Positions 1 to 12,053 of a stretch of 64,000 nt of DNA are shown one piece after another. A program made the position numbers and the translations under genes. The stretch comes from Haplodiscus bocki (Eukaryota). The notes beneath the pieces were generated by a model. It did no database searches, had not been told where the DNA came from, and worked only from the letters and a program-made list of their open reading frames with translations. Where the stretch lies: positions 14,446,001 to 14,510,000 of the forward strand of contig OZ296655.1 in NCBI GenBank assembly GCA_965655095.1, read 5' to 3'. Within the stretch, counting starts at the first letter, position 1; each line of letters begins with the position of its first letter.

Positions 1-659
1 GTGTCGGTTGGACAAAAATAATTTCTGAGACGATCCAAGAACCAAAGACTTAGATTCCTTCAAGGTGTCAATTCGATGACAAACATTTTCCTTTTTTTAC
101 CTTATACCCTTTTTGCACCTTCCTGTCCTTTACAGTCTATTCAACCCCATTGTTTTTCCAATTCTTTCATTTCCAGATGAAAAGAAGGTTTCTTACTAGC
201 TGTTTGATTTTTATGGTTTCTCTATCTCCTAATTAGGCCATCTTTAAAAGTACAGGACCCATAAATGATAATTAGACGACAAACTTACGTGTCCTAATAG
301 GAGCTAATTCAGGCCCGCAAAAAGGCTGGTTTTGACAGCACAGAGAAACGAAATCTAATATACCCATAAAATTTAATCTTAACATGACACCTCGAAAGGC
401 GAAAACCGCAGGAAAGGATTATTACCCGCATAAGGTGTTTGGATCAAAGAAACAGTTTCAAAGTATGAAATTGGAAAAAAAATGTGATTGCAAAAGTATA
501 ATCTTGGAATTAGGCGCCTTTTCAAAATTTCTAGTTATGGTAAAAAGTTTTCCATGAGGAGAGTGTTTTGAAGAAAAATGGTAAGAAGTAGATGTGATGT
601 TACTGGGCAAAAGGCAAATTTTTATGCTTCATTTTCTCATCTCAGAATCAATTTTTAAT

Positions 660-1146
660 AATTATTTTCCGCATATATTTAATATATTTAAATACGGCAA
701 TAAAATCATCCACTCAAGGCGTGCGTTTTCTTTTGTTAACTTGCAAATTGAAAATGTCCGAATTTCCGATGGTTTTTAATTTGAAATCTCTTCATCACCA
801 AATTATAACAAACTTGCTGTAGAATGCGACTGAAAGAGAAAGATTTCTCAAAAACGTAGGCATTTTTTTGAAAAAAGGGTGGGTTTTCCTGTTGAAAAAG
901 TGAATTTTTTCACAATCGGTAAAGGTGGAAAATCTGTAGAATTCATATCAAATTTTTTTTCAAAATGACTTTTTTCCACCAGAGTTGTGGTTTTGCAAAA
1001 AAAATCTGAAAATTTTTAATTTTCAAAAAGTTGAGAAATTTGATGGATATTTTTTTCAAAAAATATTGCTTTCATCCTTCTGAAAAACATCACAAACAAA
1101 GTTGGAGAGCAGAAAATATCTCGGTGGTAGCCGGGTGTTTTGTTGT
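660..1146 (-). mobile_element. Non-autonomous interspersed repeat (no TIR seen; possibly Helentron/DINE-like), internally shortened copy
   Basis: The reverse complement begins ACAAAACACCCGGCTACCACCG and ends AATATATGCGGAAAATAAT, matching both ends of the copy at 35075-35873. It shares the internal AGTCGCATTCTAC motif. Confidence 0.65.
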
Positions 1147-2946
1147 ATTTCTCAAAAGAAACCATTATCACAGCCCATTTTGAATTCAAATGGATCATCA
1201 GAAAAGTGTTACTGAGATCTCTTAAACTCAACAAAAAGAGTGCCGATTTACATACTTCGGCTGGATAGTTTTAAGAGTGATAAATTGACAAGTTGCGAAA
1301 CTTCCCGACGGCGGCCCGCGTAAGGATCAATATACTTGAAGGGGGAGTCTTCGATGTTTTCAAACTAGAAAACATTTTTGGTACACCAATGGGGGGAAAA
1401 AGTGTTGCAATTATGGTCAAATTTTTATGATCGCAGTGCCAAGAAATTTTGTGCGGGCACTTTTGTGTGTTTTAAAAAGTTATATTTTCTGCACTGGCTG
1501 GTGGTGGGATACCTGGTTTACCACCGTAGGGTTAACTTATCACGGTGCAGTCATATACACCAGCCCTGTCATGGCAAGATTTTTTTAAGAACACCCTGTA
1601 CTCATGAGCAAAACTTAAGAAGAATAGCCTGTCCTAATAAGAATATTTTGTTCAAGTTTCGTGTTTTCTACTGTAACAACAATAGTAGAAGGATTTCAAA
1701 AGTTGCCCCGAAGCAAACATTTTGTGTCGACTTAAAAAAGGGTTAGAATGATCTTATCCAAAAAGGTGAAATGCAGTAGTTGTAGGATAATGTACTCCAG
1801 TATCCTGGAGTTTTAGACAAAATTTTTCAAGGCAATTTTTTTAGACAAATCGTTTTAGACAAATTGAAACATTAAAATTTAAAATTTAGGAAAAATTGTT
1901 CCTTTTTCATACTTCGAAGTAAGATACTTCCTTCCAATATTTCTAACAGAGATACCATTTTGTTCAAGTTTCACATCCCAAAGCTTTAATGCTAGCCTTT
2001 GAATAATAGGTCTGAATTATCGGATCTTCAAAAGAATATGTAACTTGCACGTCGTTGGGTCTTAGATACCTTCCAACTGTCACAGGATTGGACGAAATAA
2101 CTTAGTGAGTCCCTGGATGAACTCCAGTAATGAAACTCAGATCCCGGGGTTATACCTGGGACCTTACTAAGACATGCCTGTTTCCCCTGGACCCCAGCCC
2201 TGTCTTATTGAGAATGCTTCATCCCTGGGCGGTAAGTCGAGATTTGGTATTTTGCTATCACCGCTATTCTTTTGAGCGAACTCAAGCTATCGAAATTTTA
2301 TTTTTGTTGAATTCATAATAGGAAAAAACTATCTAACGTAAAGTTCAATAAAACCACCGGCTGAAACATAAATAAAATGAGTAAAGAACTAGGAATTTGA
2401 TCACAAAAACTTAGGTCTCTGTGGCAGCACACCTGCGAGGCATGCGGCCAACCCCTTTCTCAGACAAAGACATCCTAAAGCCCAATGGGAAACTTAAAAC
2501 TCTAGACACTACTGATTAGACTCATAACTAAGTATTTTTAGATTATTTTAAGCCATTGTGCATATACACGGATACGTATGTGATACGTATCCATAATAAA
2601 TGCACAGAAATATTAACTGATCCAAACTAGGACGGAACCGTTACGGAACAAACAAGTATTCACAGAGCAATTGATCCTTAAATGTGCTATTTTTGTATTA
2701 ATTTACTTATTTACCTATTTATTTAGATACTAATATAAATCCACCTTTTTGGTACAATTGCAGTAATTAATAGCAATAAGTGCAGTTTACAGCAGTAAAT
2801 GACTTTTAAAAGTGCTAGTACTAGAGCGGCTTATTTGCATTAAAATTGACTCTCGGAGTGAATATTTGTTCCGTACGTGTTCCGTCGTCACTAGTTTTGG
2901 TGACGTCACTAATATTATTTTAACTATGCCGTGCTGCAGTGCTATG

Positions 2947-2973
2947 GTGAATACGGAGTCACTCCGTATTCAC
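2947..2973. repeat. Perfect palindrome (13-bp arms, 1-nt spacer) in the LTR U3 region
   Basis: GTGAATACGGAGT-C-ACTCCGTATTCAC. Confidence 0.9.
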
Positions 2974-3005
2974 TCCTAATTCGAGCATGGCTGACTAAAT
3001 TGATG

Positions 3006-3174
3006 CTTGTACTACTAGTGGCTACGGAGCTGCTCCGGGGACCACTAGTAGCAGACTGAATTTTAACTTGTACTACTAGTGGCTACGGAGCTGCTCCGGA
3101 GACCACTAGTAGCGCTGACTGAATTAACTTGTACTACTAGTGGCTACGGAGCTGCTCCGGATACCACTAGTAGC
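3006..3174. repeat. Three tandem 61-bp units, each an imperfect hairpin, inside the LTR
   Basis: Units start at 3006, 3067 and 3128. Each contains CTACTAGTGG-CTA-CGGAGC-T-GCTCCG-N4-CCACTAGTAG. Confidence 0.92.
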
Positions 3175-3414
3175 TGCTAGGCGGAACGAGGAGTAAATTA
3201 GCAATTATACTAGTTTCTCCTCTTTTCCAAAATACCGAAAGCTTAATTAGATGATGGTGATATGAATATGAAGGTGATGATTAGATGTATTATTAAGTCA
3301 TGTATTTCCTATTTCATTTTATTTCCTCATTTTTATTATTTTATTTTATACTCTCCTAAACAAGGAAATTCTTTGAACTTTCCATCTATGGAGTATACAA
3401 TAAACAACATGTCG

Positions 3415-3801
3415 GCGCGGGAATAAACGCTTTGATGTCCATCTCTGACGGATTGGGACCGTCCATTTTCTGTCGAAAGATGGAGAAGGCGCGTCCTATG
3501 ATGGAAGAGATGGATGGAAAAGTTGTTTATTTCCCGCCAGAGTCGGCATTTTTAACTTTGAAGTAATAATGTTGAAAGTATTTTTCCCTATTTGTACTTT
3601 GACTTGGCGGGTAAACAATTATGTTTCCCGCCAGCAAAAAGTATAAATAGGAGAAATGAAAATACAAGAGACAGATTTTTTTATTCTTCCCTGCTAGTAA
3701 CTTACTGACGATATTAATCCAGTACTGTAAAATTTCATTGATTGCATTATCTGGTCACTGTAGAACTCAAATTGTTTTCTTGCCTCGACTCAACTAATAA
3801 A
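3415..3801 (+). promoter_or_regulatory. Putative LTR promoter and polyadenylation signals: E2F-like sites, TATA box, AATAAA
   Basis: TTTCCCGC at 3530-3537 and 3624-3631, with related reverse-strand sites at 3415-3425 and 3604-3615. TATAAAT at 3642-3648 and AATAAA at 3796-3801. Confidence 0.55.
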
Positions 3802-3840
3802 GTATTAACTGATCGGCAATTCTTTTCCCTTCGTCAAAAG

Positions 3841-4254
3841 ATGACCACTCGAAACAAGAGAAAATTGGCAGCGTTGAATAAGGAAAATTGTGAAGAAGAT
3901 CCTAGGAGCAACATGGCACAAAACTCAGGCGCTCCTAGATCGCAGGAGGACTACATAACTCAAGTCTCCGAGGAGATTGAGGGAAGAGTCACAAAAAGGC
4001 TGTCAAAGGAGTTCAGTCGAACAGAGAACCGCATTCTTGGTGCTCTAGCGCGACTCGATGACTTTCTGATGAACCCGCTATTACCGGGACACTCCGGAAC
4101 CGCTCCGGAGCCCACCCGGAACACAACGCGTAATAACCAGGGAACGAATGAGGACGGTTCCCAGACTGATCCTCATCCTGAAACAAGTCTCTTCCACGGT
4201 CAGAGGGAACAAAACTCTGGCATAGGAAACGACTATGACAGTCTCAAAATTTGA
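3841..4254 (+). CDS. Gag N-terminus-like ORF starting inside the LTR (MTTRNKRKLAALNKENCEEDPRSN...), truncated at the solo-LTR boundary
   Basis: Open from ATG 3841 through the LTR end at 4240. The same peptide (EGRVTKxLSxEFS...LGALxxLDDFL) is recognisable in the other two LTRs (ORFs 12208-12456 and 24304-24495). Confidence 0.65.
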   Translation: MTTRNKRKLAALNKENCEEDPRSNMAQNSGAPRSQEDYITQVSEEIEGRVTKRLSKEFSRTENRILGALARLDDFLMNPLLPGHSGTAPEPTRNTTRNNQGTNEDGSQTDPHPETSLFHGQREQNSGIGNDYDSLKI

Positions 4255-7200
4255 CTGTTGCTTGTCACCTTTTTTTGCCAGATCTGATAGAAATATAAAA
4301 ACCGGAAATGCCAAACTTCCGAAAATTTTCTACGATAGCAACAATTATTTAAAGTGAATTCATTTAAGTGAATTAGAAATACACTATTTCTGTCGTCGTA
4401 GTATTCACGCCAAGATATTTGGCTGAGTAACCTTGAATTTTCAGCAATTTTTGGGACAATTGTTTAAGTATGCAGCATTGGAATATTGTTACACGTGCCA
4501 AAATTTTTCATGCCAAGAAAATCAAATTTTCCAAAGTGATCCTAGATCTTTACAATGGGATCAAGAGTCCGAGTGTGCAAACCCAAAAAAAGTTGTCATC
4601 GTCCGAAGAATTGAAATAGCTGTTGAAGTCTAACAGGGTAGTTATGAATATCGATAGAAAGGACAATACCAGTTATTCTAAATAGACAATAACATTCTGG
4701 TTAGAGACTGAAAAAAAACAACTGAAACTAGCCTTCGATCGCAATTCTTCCAGAAATACTAAATTTTCAAGAAGTGAGGTTCGGAACTACTGATGACGTT
4801 AATGATGTTAATTTGTAAAATAAACCAAAAAATTAAAAAGACAAGAATTCAGATCCTTTGAACACATAAAAAGCCCTGAAAAAATATCCAATCAGTTGAA
4901 AACTAAAAATATTATTTTTTATTGTTGAAGTATTGTTTTTTTGCTAATTTGGATATTCCTCAGGCAGTCTAGGCTGTGTCCAATTCACACTGTAAAAAAA
5001 ACAAAACAAACGAAACAAAACAACAATAGAGACACTGTATACTTTCTCCTCGGACAACAACAAAAAAGATGTTTCATCCGCTCTAAATGATCCCCATTCA
5101 AATTAAAAGCAGTTTTTCATCCCCATCCTTGTCGTTTTCGAATAATTGAGACAGAAAAAAAGCACATCAAAGAATGACGTCACTGCAGTCATTCATGATT
5201 ATCGAAAAACGCAGAAATGAAAGATGAGAGCTAATCTCACATGGAGCCGGTGGGAATAGACAGCATTGCACTTCCACTTTTTTCGAATATGCTTTTTTCT
5301 ACTTATCAGTCGTCTTTAAACATCTTCGGTGGTCGATAACCTTGATAATTTGTGGAGAGGTTTAAAGTGTAGAAGACAATTAGTTGCCACCGGGAAGCAA
5401 TTTGAATTTTATGGATTGAGATTAAATGATGTTCGTAGTAATTGGTTTGTTTCTTCATTACCGAACGAAATGAACTTGCGTGATTCAAAAATTTGCCGGC
5501 TAAAATTTGATCAAGATCCGCGCATCAACTTGAGGATCAGTCATTACCCTGCAATAACTTTTCAAGACCTTCAGGAAGGGATATTGATCGAGTTATTAGT
5601 CGCAAAGAAATTTTACTTTTGAACTGTTTAACGGTAATTTGATTTTATGGAGCTACCTTTAGAAACGGAAGTAGAGCCCATTTTCACAAAAATTGTTTAT
5701 TTAGAAATTTTTCATATTTACTTTTTAAACACACAAATTAGCACCAAATAGTATCTTGGCTTTTCTCTCTTTTTGTCGGTACCATCTTTTTTCAGCTTGA
5801 AACTATAATTTACTTGATTTCTATTATGCTTGGTCCGATGTTTTGAAGATGAACACTTTCTTCAAAAACCTCTATTAAGACCTGATGTATAGACTTTGAG
5901 CATCCTCACTCTTTGACCAAAATCGTTTACTTATTCATGATTTTTTCAGTGACTTATTCGCATAAATTACGAAGTTGTGATACAAGTAAACTTTTCAGAA
6001 TCGAGAATTTCATCTTTTTGTTTTTTTTATGGGCATAAGTGAATCAAATTAGTGAATCGAATGCTAAGTCACTTTGATTATCCCACTTGTATTTGCAAAG
6101 GATTCAGTGATTTTGACTTATGATACTTTTGCTTTCAGGACAGGTTTTTTTTTTGTTATGTTAACAAATCTTTTAACTTGTGATGGAATTAACAAACTAA
6201 TTTTTAAAAGTAGTATTTTTCTAGAGTGCTTTGGAGCTTCTCTTCTTCAACTGTTTTTCCAGCAAATACCTCCTGCACTGACCTTATCAGTTTCTCTAAA
6301 TAACAATTGGAATGTAGTCAGGAATTTTGAGTTTATAATCAAATTTTAAAATTTTGGACAAAAAATTTTTGATGCTTGGAAAAAAATGGGATACTAATGA
6401 AAAATTTTACTCAACTTTTGATTAAAATCAAGCAAGGAGGTTGATCCTCAATTAAAAGAGAAAATAATGTCACTGTTTTTTTCGAGAGGAACTGAGACAA
6501 TACTTTTTGAAGTTATAGGCAACTGTCACTACTTGAAGACTTTTTCAAAGAGAAATCGAGATGCAGTCTTTCATCAAAAACTGCCCTGCATTTGTCCCCA
6601 AGCAGTAGCTACCAGAAATGCCGTAATCCTTGAATCTGATTTCGAGATTTGAGGGGCTAATCTGATGAAGCACATGGATTCTTGAAAAAAATGTTCAGCT
6701 TCAATGTCTGACCAAGTTTTCGTCGGCAAATTTTAGACCTTGAAGAAATCAAGCGCTACTGCCGCCGGCGGCCGAAAGTGATGAAGCAACTTTTTATCTC
6801 ACAAATGGGAACTGTCCAGGAACGCCGCATTTGCACAAGCGAAATTAATCTTCAGAAACTTTTTCAACCCTTTAAGGTCGCCAATTCATTTTTTTGATTA
6901 GGAATCTTAATTTGAAGCCAAGTGCAAGCGAAAAATTGATTTTGTAGGAAATGCTATTCTGATTACGTTTGAAAAATTGAAGTCAATTTTGATTCAAGAT
7001 AAGGATTTTTTTCGAATGATTATCTTTCCTTTTTCTTTGTCTAAACTTATGCCTAAACATGGTTAGTTGGATGCATTTGATTAATTGGTTAACGTTACAA
7101 GTGTGCATAGCGCTGTTTGGCTTCCTTAGTGGCTTGAATAAGTAAAATGAAGACGTGGGATCTTGCCATTTCTTGGACTTAAATGAAAGGTGGTCAAAAA

Positions 7201-9229
7201 AGGGCAAAAAGGAATGTATTTCTAAATGGTCGCACAGCCCTAATGATTGAATTACTATAGAAAAGAAGCTATTACGTGAGCACAAGTCAATTTTGAAAAA
7301 ATCATCGACTCAGAGTTTTCTGGTCATGCTTGAGCAAGGTTGCGGAAACGAACGCAAAGTCGGCTTGAAACAAATTGACCATACATGCAACCATTGTCTC
7401 TGAAGTTTTCCAAAGTTACCCCCGTTCCGGGAGAAATAGGTGGCATCTTCAACTTTTATGTTGAATTTTCTTCGTTTTGTAAGTTTTCAAAGAAATTGTA
7501 TTGTAGTTATGAGTTTTGTTCTTGTTTTTATTAAAATTCTCGCCTTGATGTTCCGCTATCGGAAAAACATTGATCGAGCACTTTTCGTGCCATTCTCATA
7601 GTTCAAAGATACGTACAAGTGTAATTTATGGAATATATTACAATTCAAACTCTCACTGTAAAGTTTCTATTTGTTCCATCATTTCCTTCTGTCAAAACAA
7701 AAATTGATTTCAAAAGTCTTTGATTAATTAAAACTTTTTTAAAAGGAAACATTTGTTTCAGTTGCAAACGCGAGCATTAAGCCGGAAGAGAAGGCTTAGA
7801 TTGGGTGTTCGACGCAAATGATAATCAGAAAAACATTGTCACTTCAAACGCAAATCACTACTAACTAGTTGAAGCTCAAGGAGCTCTTACTCAAGTATCA
7901 GATCAGAACATATCAGAACACTTCCAATGAGAGATGGATAATAAAACTTCAATATCAGATGAAAGAGTGAAAATACTTTAGTTGTTAGGGTGATTGATTT
8001 TGTCGTCTACCGAGTTGAGATGGCTGTGAAGTATATTTAAAATAGAGAGTCCAGAAACGCAGGGGCTTAGTTGAAAACAATTGCCTAAAGTGATTTATTA
8101 GTTTCAAAGGGAGAGAGAATCCTGAAACAGTCAAATTAGGCGATTCAAGCAGGAACAGTTTTCATGAAATTGCTATTGAAAACAATCAACCTCATCAGCA
8201 AGAATGGTTCTTCCAGGCAAAGCAACCAAAACATTCCCGTCTGCGAGAACAACGCTTGACAAAATCAAGTTTGTCAGAGTTATATAAGTCCCTCTATTTT
8301 CATCACGTGAGAGATTCGTTGTCACGCGAACATGAGGAGAGAAAAAACTTTTGTTTGATGCATCTTCTTAGTTTTCCTTGCAGTGGTGCATTACTGGTAC
8401 TTCGTTTGTTGTCTCAGTCAACAGAATTGTGCAAGTGCGGCAGTTGTTTTGTGCTTGTGCAACGAGCTGCAAGGTCTCAGGAAGTTAACTCTTTACTTAA
8501 CCCTTCCAGGCGGTTTGTTGCGCGGACATATATCAAGTGAAGTCAAGTAGCAAGGACTTACGGGCAATACAACGGAAAGAATGACCCAATTTTTCAACCT
8601 TTGAAGAAGATGGAGAGTTTCCGAGAGAAATGGAACGCTACTGGACAAGATAGAGTGCTGAGTTGAAATCGTTCCAAGAAGTGGACGGGAATAATACAGA
8701 CAGGCAACAGTTAGAATTTACGTTCAACTTTTGAACAGTTGTGTTACAAAAGCAAAATTTATCGTTCAAATTATCAAGCTCCAAGTTTGTATAACTTGCG
8801 CATCAAACATCCGAGCTTAGTTCTAGCCAGAAGTTCACAAAGTAAAAACCAACGCTTTCTTTCTTCGAAAATTGGCTGGTGTATTCTGAAACCAATCAAC
8901 GGACTTTCGGATAATTTCAGAAGCTAAAACTAATTGTATCATTCGAGAAACAATTACGCTCATGAAAACAGTAGAATTACAAGAAACAAAGACACTCCTT
9001 TACTGGAAAAAGTAGCTTGAAAAAGAGAAACGTTCCAGAAGTTCCTTGAAATAACTCAAAGGTTAGGACATTTTTGAGGAGTTTTTCGAATCTCGGGCTG
9101 AGTCGAACATTTCTATTTTCTTTCCTTCTAACGCTGATTTTTAATTAAAAGATTTTCAATAATAATAATATGGATTTGCATATGGGAGTGATCCCATTGA
9201 ATATTTGGGTCAAAAACTAAAATTGTTTA

Positions 9230-11640
9230 TGATTCAGCTTGCATGACACACAATCACAGTTGGGGTACTACGTGCAAGTTTTGTTGATATCATATTGGTC
9301 GTTGTAAAATATCCATAAGTATTTTAGGAGTCTGCCTTTCAGTGCTCAAGTATCCATGAAACTCACATGTTTTTCCATTCTGTTTACTATTTTGCAGGTT
9401 CGGTAAAAAAAATCGCTTCGCTGGGACTCTTTAGTGATACTGTGCAGATGCAATAAGGTACATCTGGTATTTTTAGTGGATGTTGACTGATTTAATATGC
9501 AGTGGCCTTGCCAGTTTAGTTCATATTCGTTGTTTGTTATTCGGGATAGTGTTAAACAGTCCATTAGCACCATATAGTAAGGCAGAAGTAAAACGTTGAA
9601 TATAATTAAAGCGGACTGGTAATCGTGGGATGGCAGAATCCATGTCATATTCCTTTGATGAAACTTTTTCGAGTTCGGCAACACTGCTTTTTGATGGACA
9701 CCAGCATTGGTTGGCATAGCAAACTATAGGTAGTTTAGAGGTTTTAATATTATTCAGTTTGTTTCTGCGTGGCAGGGATGGTGAGAAATGTCGTCGATTA
9801 AGTTGATATACTCTGTTTGCTTTTGTAATGGAATGTTTTGTGAGAGTAGCCCAGTTAAGGTTCGATTCAATTTTTGGGCGTAAATTGTTTACTACGCGAG
9901 AGGTAGTTACAGTTGTGGTATCCAGTACATATGCTTCATGACGCGAAGATAAAAGCGGGAGGAACTGGCGTTTGGATAATTGGATATCTTTAAGTGCATT
10001 TGGTTTGTCGAAATTCGTTCCATAATTGCATCGATCTCCTCACTAAGATCTAGTCTGTTTGATTCACGTACTAGAATATGGAGTTTTAGGTCATCCGATA
10101 AGAGGTATGCAGTCGAAAAGAAGATTGAATCAAGTAGATCATTGGTAGGTAGATCAGGTAGATGAAAATAATAAAAAGCAGGAGTCCAAGAAGTGACCGT
10201 TGAGGATTACCACTGAGAACTGGCGCCCACGAGAAAATTTGATTATTGATTCTGACTCCCTGACGTTGATTTTGTAAATAGTCTGGGATAACTGTTATCA
10301 AAGACTTTTGCACTCCAACTGATGATAGTTTGGTCACAAGAATTTTGTGGTTTATTTTATCAAATACCCTGGAAAAGTCAAAGAATACTAGGCCTTTTTT
10401 GCTGTTATCGTTATCAAAGTGAATGTGATGGAGGCAGGTTAAAAGTTTATATATGGTTGATTTACGGGACCGAAAGTAAAATTGCTTTGATGACACAAAC
10501 TTTGTGAAATCATTACATTGTGGGATATATATAAATCTCTCATGAATTTGCCACAATATCTAGCAATGTTACAGGACGGTAGTTTTCTACCTTTGATTTG
10601 CTGCCTTTTTTGAATAAGGAGTAACAATTTCATTATTCTATTTCGTCGGGTACTTGCCAACACGCTCGATGTTTTTGAAGACTTTGTGTAAAGAAGAAGC
10701 TATTGTCTCCGCTGTCTCTTTATAAACAAATGGAGGAACAATATCGGGTCCTCGACGTTTTCTGGTGTGCAGATTCTTGCAAATTTTGGCAATCGTAGTT
10801 TTCTCGATGCAGTAGTTGCCTATAGTACCTGTCTATGAGGGAATTGTGATTGTATGCTTTGAGTCAGCACCATTTGGGTTTGCAAAGACAGATACAAAGT
10901 TATCAATAAGGAAGTCAGCCTTCTCTCTGTCGGCGACAGCGCTTTTACCATTGTTCAAAGGTGTGCGAAGAGTTGATCTGTCAGAATTAACAAAGTTGAT
11001 GTATTTGAATAAAGTAGAAAGATTTCGACTATCAGAGGGCGATTTTTCGCAATCTCTTTTGTTGTTGGTTACTACTTCTTCTAACTCTTGAGAAAGCTTT
11101 TGTTCTTTGAGTATCAAATTTGATGAGGGACGGACGCCACGATTCAGTGTCTTTATTGCAGTTTCCTTTCTTTTCATATGATTGGATGTTGAAAGACTAA
11201 TCCAAAGTGGCACGAACTGTCGGTGCTTTGTTCTGATTGGGACGCGTTTCTGAAGTAGATTGGTCCGTTGGCTTTAGCTTCACTCTCATTTTATGTTAGA
11301 AACAGTTACAAAAACTTTTTCTACTGCTCTGCTGACATTCAGAATGCAGTCAATGGACTTAAATTCCCAAAAATAACATCAGTCGATCTTCAATGAAAAT
11401 ATCAAGATCAAGTGGGGCTATCGATAGGACATTACATGTACTTTTGCCTTAAGGATGAGATTCTGTTAACTTGCAAGACGCTGTCAACCGAGTGAAGTCT
11501 CTTAGTGTCTCCCATTGTCGATCCCCGATTGCATTATCCAGATGAAGCAGGGCTGTCGTTGAGAATAATAATTACATGTTAGCCGTTTAGAGTTTTAAGA
11601 CCTCATCTAAGAAACAGTAACCTACCAGAGGCCGTCAATG
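9230..11640 (-). pseudogene. Degenerate CR1/L2-group non-LTR retrotransposon ORF2 (linker, RT, C-terminus)
   Basis: ORF 10086-10556 has decayed RT motifs: QFYFRSRKST (~QxGFR), FFDFSRVFDKINH (~DFSKAFD) and SGNPQRSLLGLLLFIIFI (~SGVPQGSxLGPxLF). ORF 10833-11213 has DREKADFLIDNFVSVF. ORF 9346-9717 is CR1-like C-terminal sequence. Many stops and frameshifts; ends approximate. Confidence 0.85.
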
Positions 11641-12053
11641 GCGTTGAGTAACCTAATTTATCTCTTTCCTCCAACCGAGGCCTTTACATGGATGGTTCAT
11701 TTACCTTTCGCTATATTTTACTTTTGGTTGGAAGAGCTGCAGCTTTCCACGTCAGCAACAGGGCTTTTGAAATCTAGCTTTCAGCGAGCACTAGCTGAAC
11801 ATGTCGGTGATGCGGTCCAATGGATTAGCAAAAAAAAATTCAAATTTCGTTTTTCTTGTATTTTCACTCTGTGCAATCCCAACTTAAAATATTGCGTCCT
11901 CATTTTCTACCAACCCTATTTATCTGCACTGTCATCACCATTTCAAGTGTTAACCTCAAATAATTACGTTGCGAATAAAGCGATAGCTTGCTGATCTTCC
12001 GTCTGATCTTCAAAAACTTACAGAATTTTTTGACTAGTTTCCACCAACCTTCC

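Larger units (their letters stand above)
2420..4240 (+). mobile_element. Solo LTR (1821 bp) of a Ty3/Gypsy retrotransposon family
   Basis: Starts TGTGGCAGCAC and ends CTATGACA (TG...CA). Perfect 5-bp TSD GTCTC at 2415-2419 and 4241-4245. Homologous end-to-end to 12054-13675 and 24208-25850. No PBS or internal sequence follows it. Confidence 0.92.

Noticed and set aside
1500-2230. Possible 3' fragment of a LINE or a small RNA-derived repeat
   Set aside because: No convincing RT, zinc-knuckle or Pol III motifs could be read.
3006-3174. CRISPR-like array of palindromic repeats
   Set aside because: The units are contiguous 61-bp tandem repeats without unique spacers, lie inside a eukaryotic LTR, and have no cas genes nearby.
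4900-9050. Possible decayed DNA transposase (Cys/His pattern in ORF 8256-8540 loosely like Zator) or host exons
   Set aside because: I found no DDE motifs, TIRs or consistent splice structure; it is too degenerate to support.
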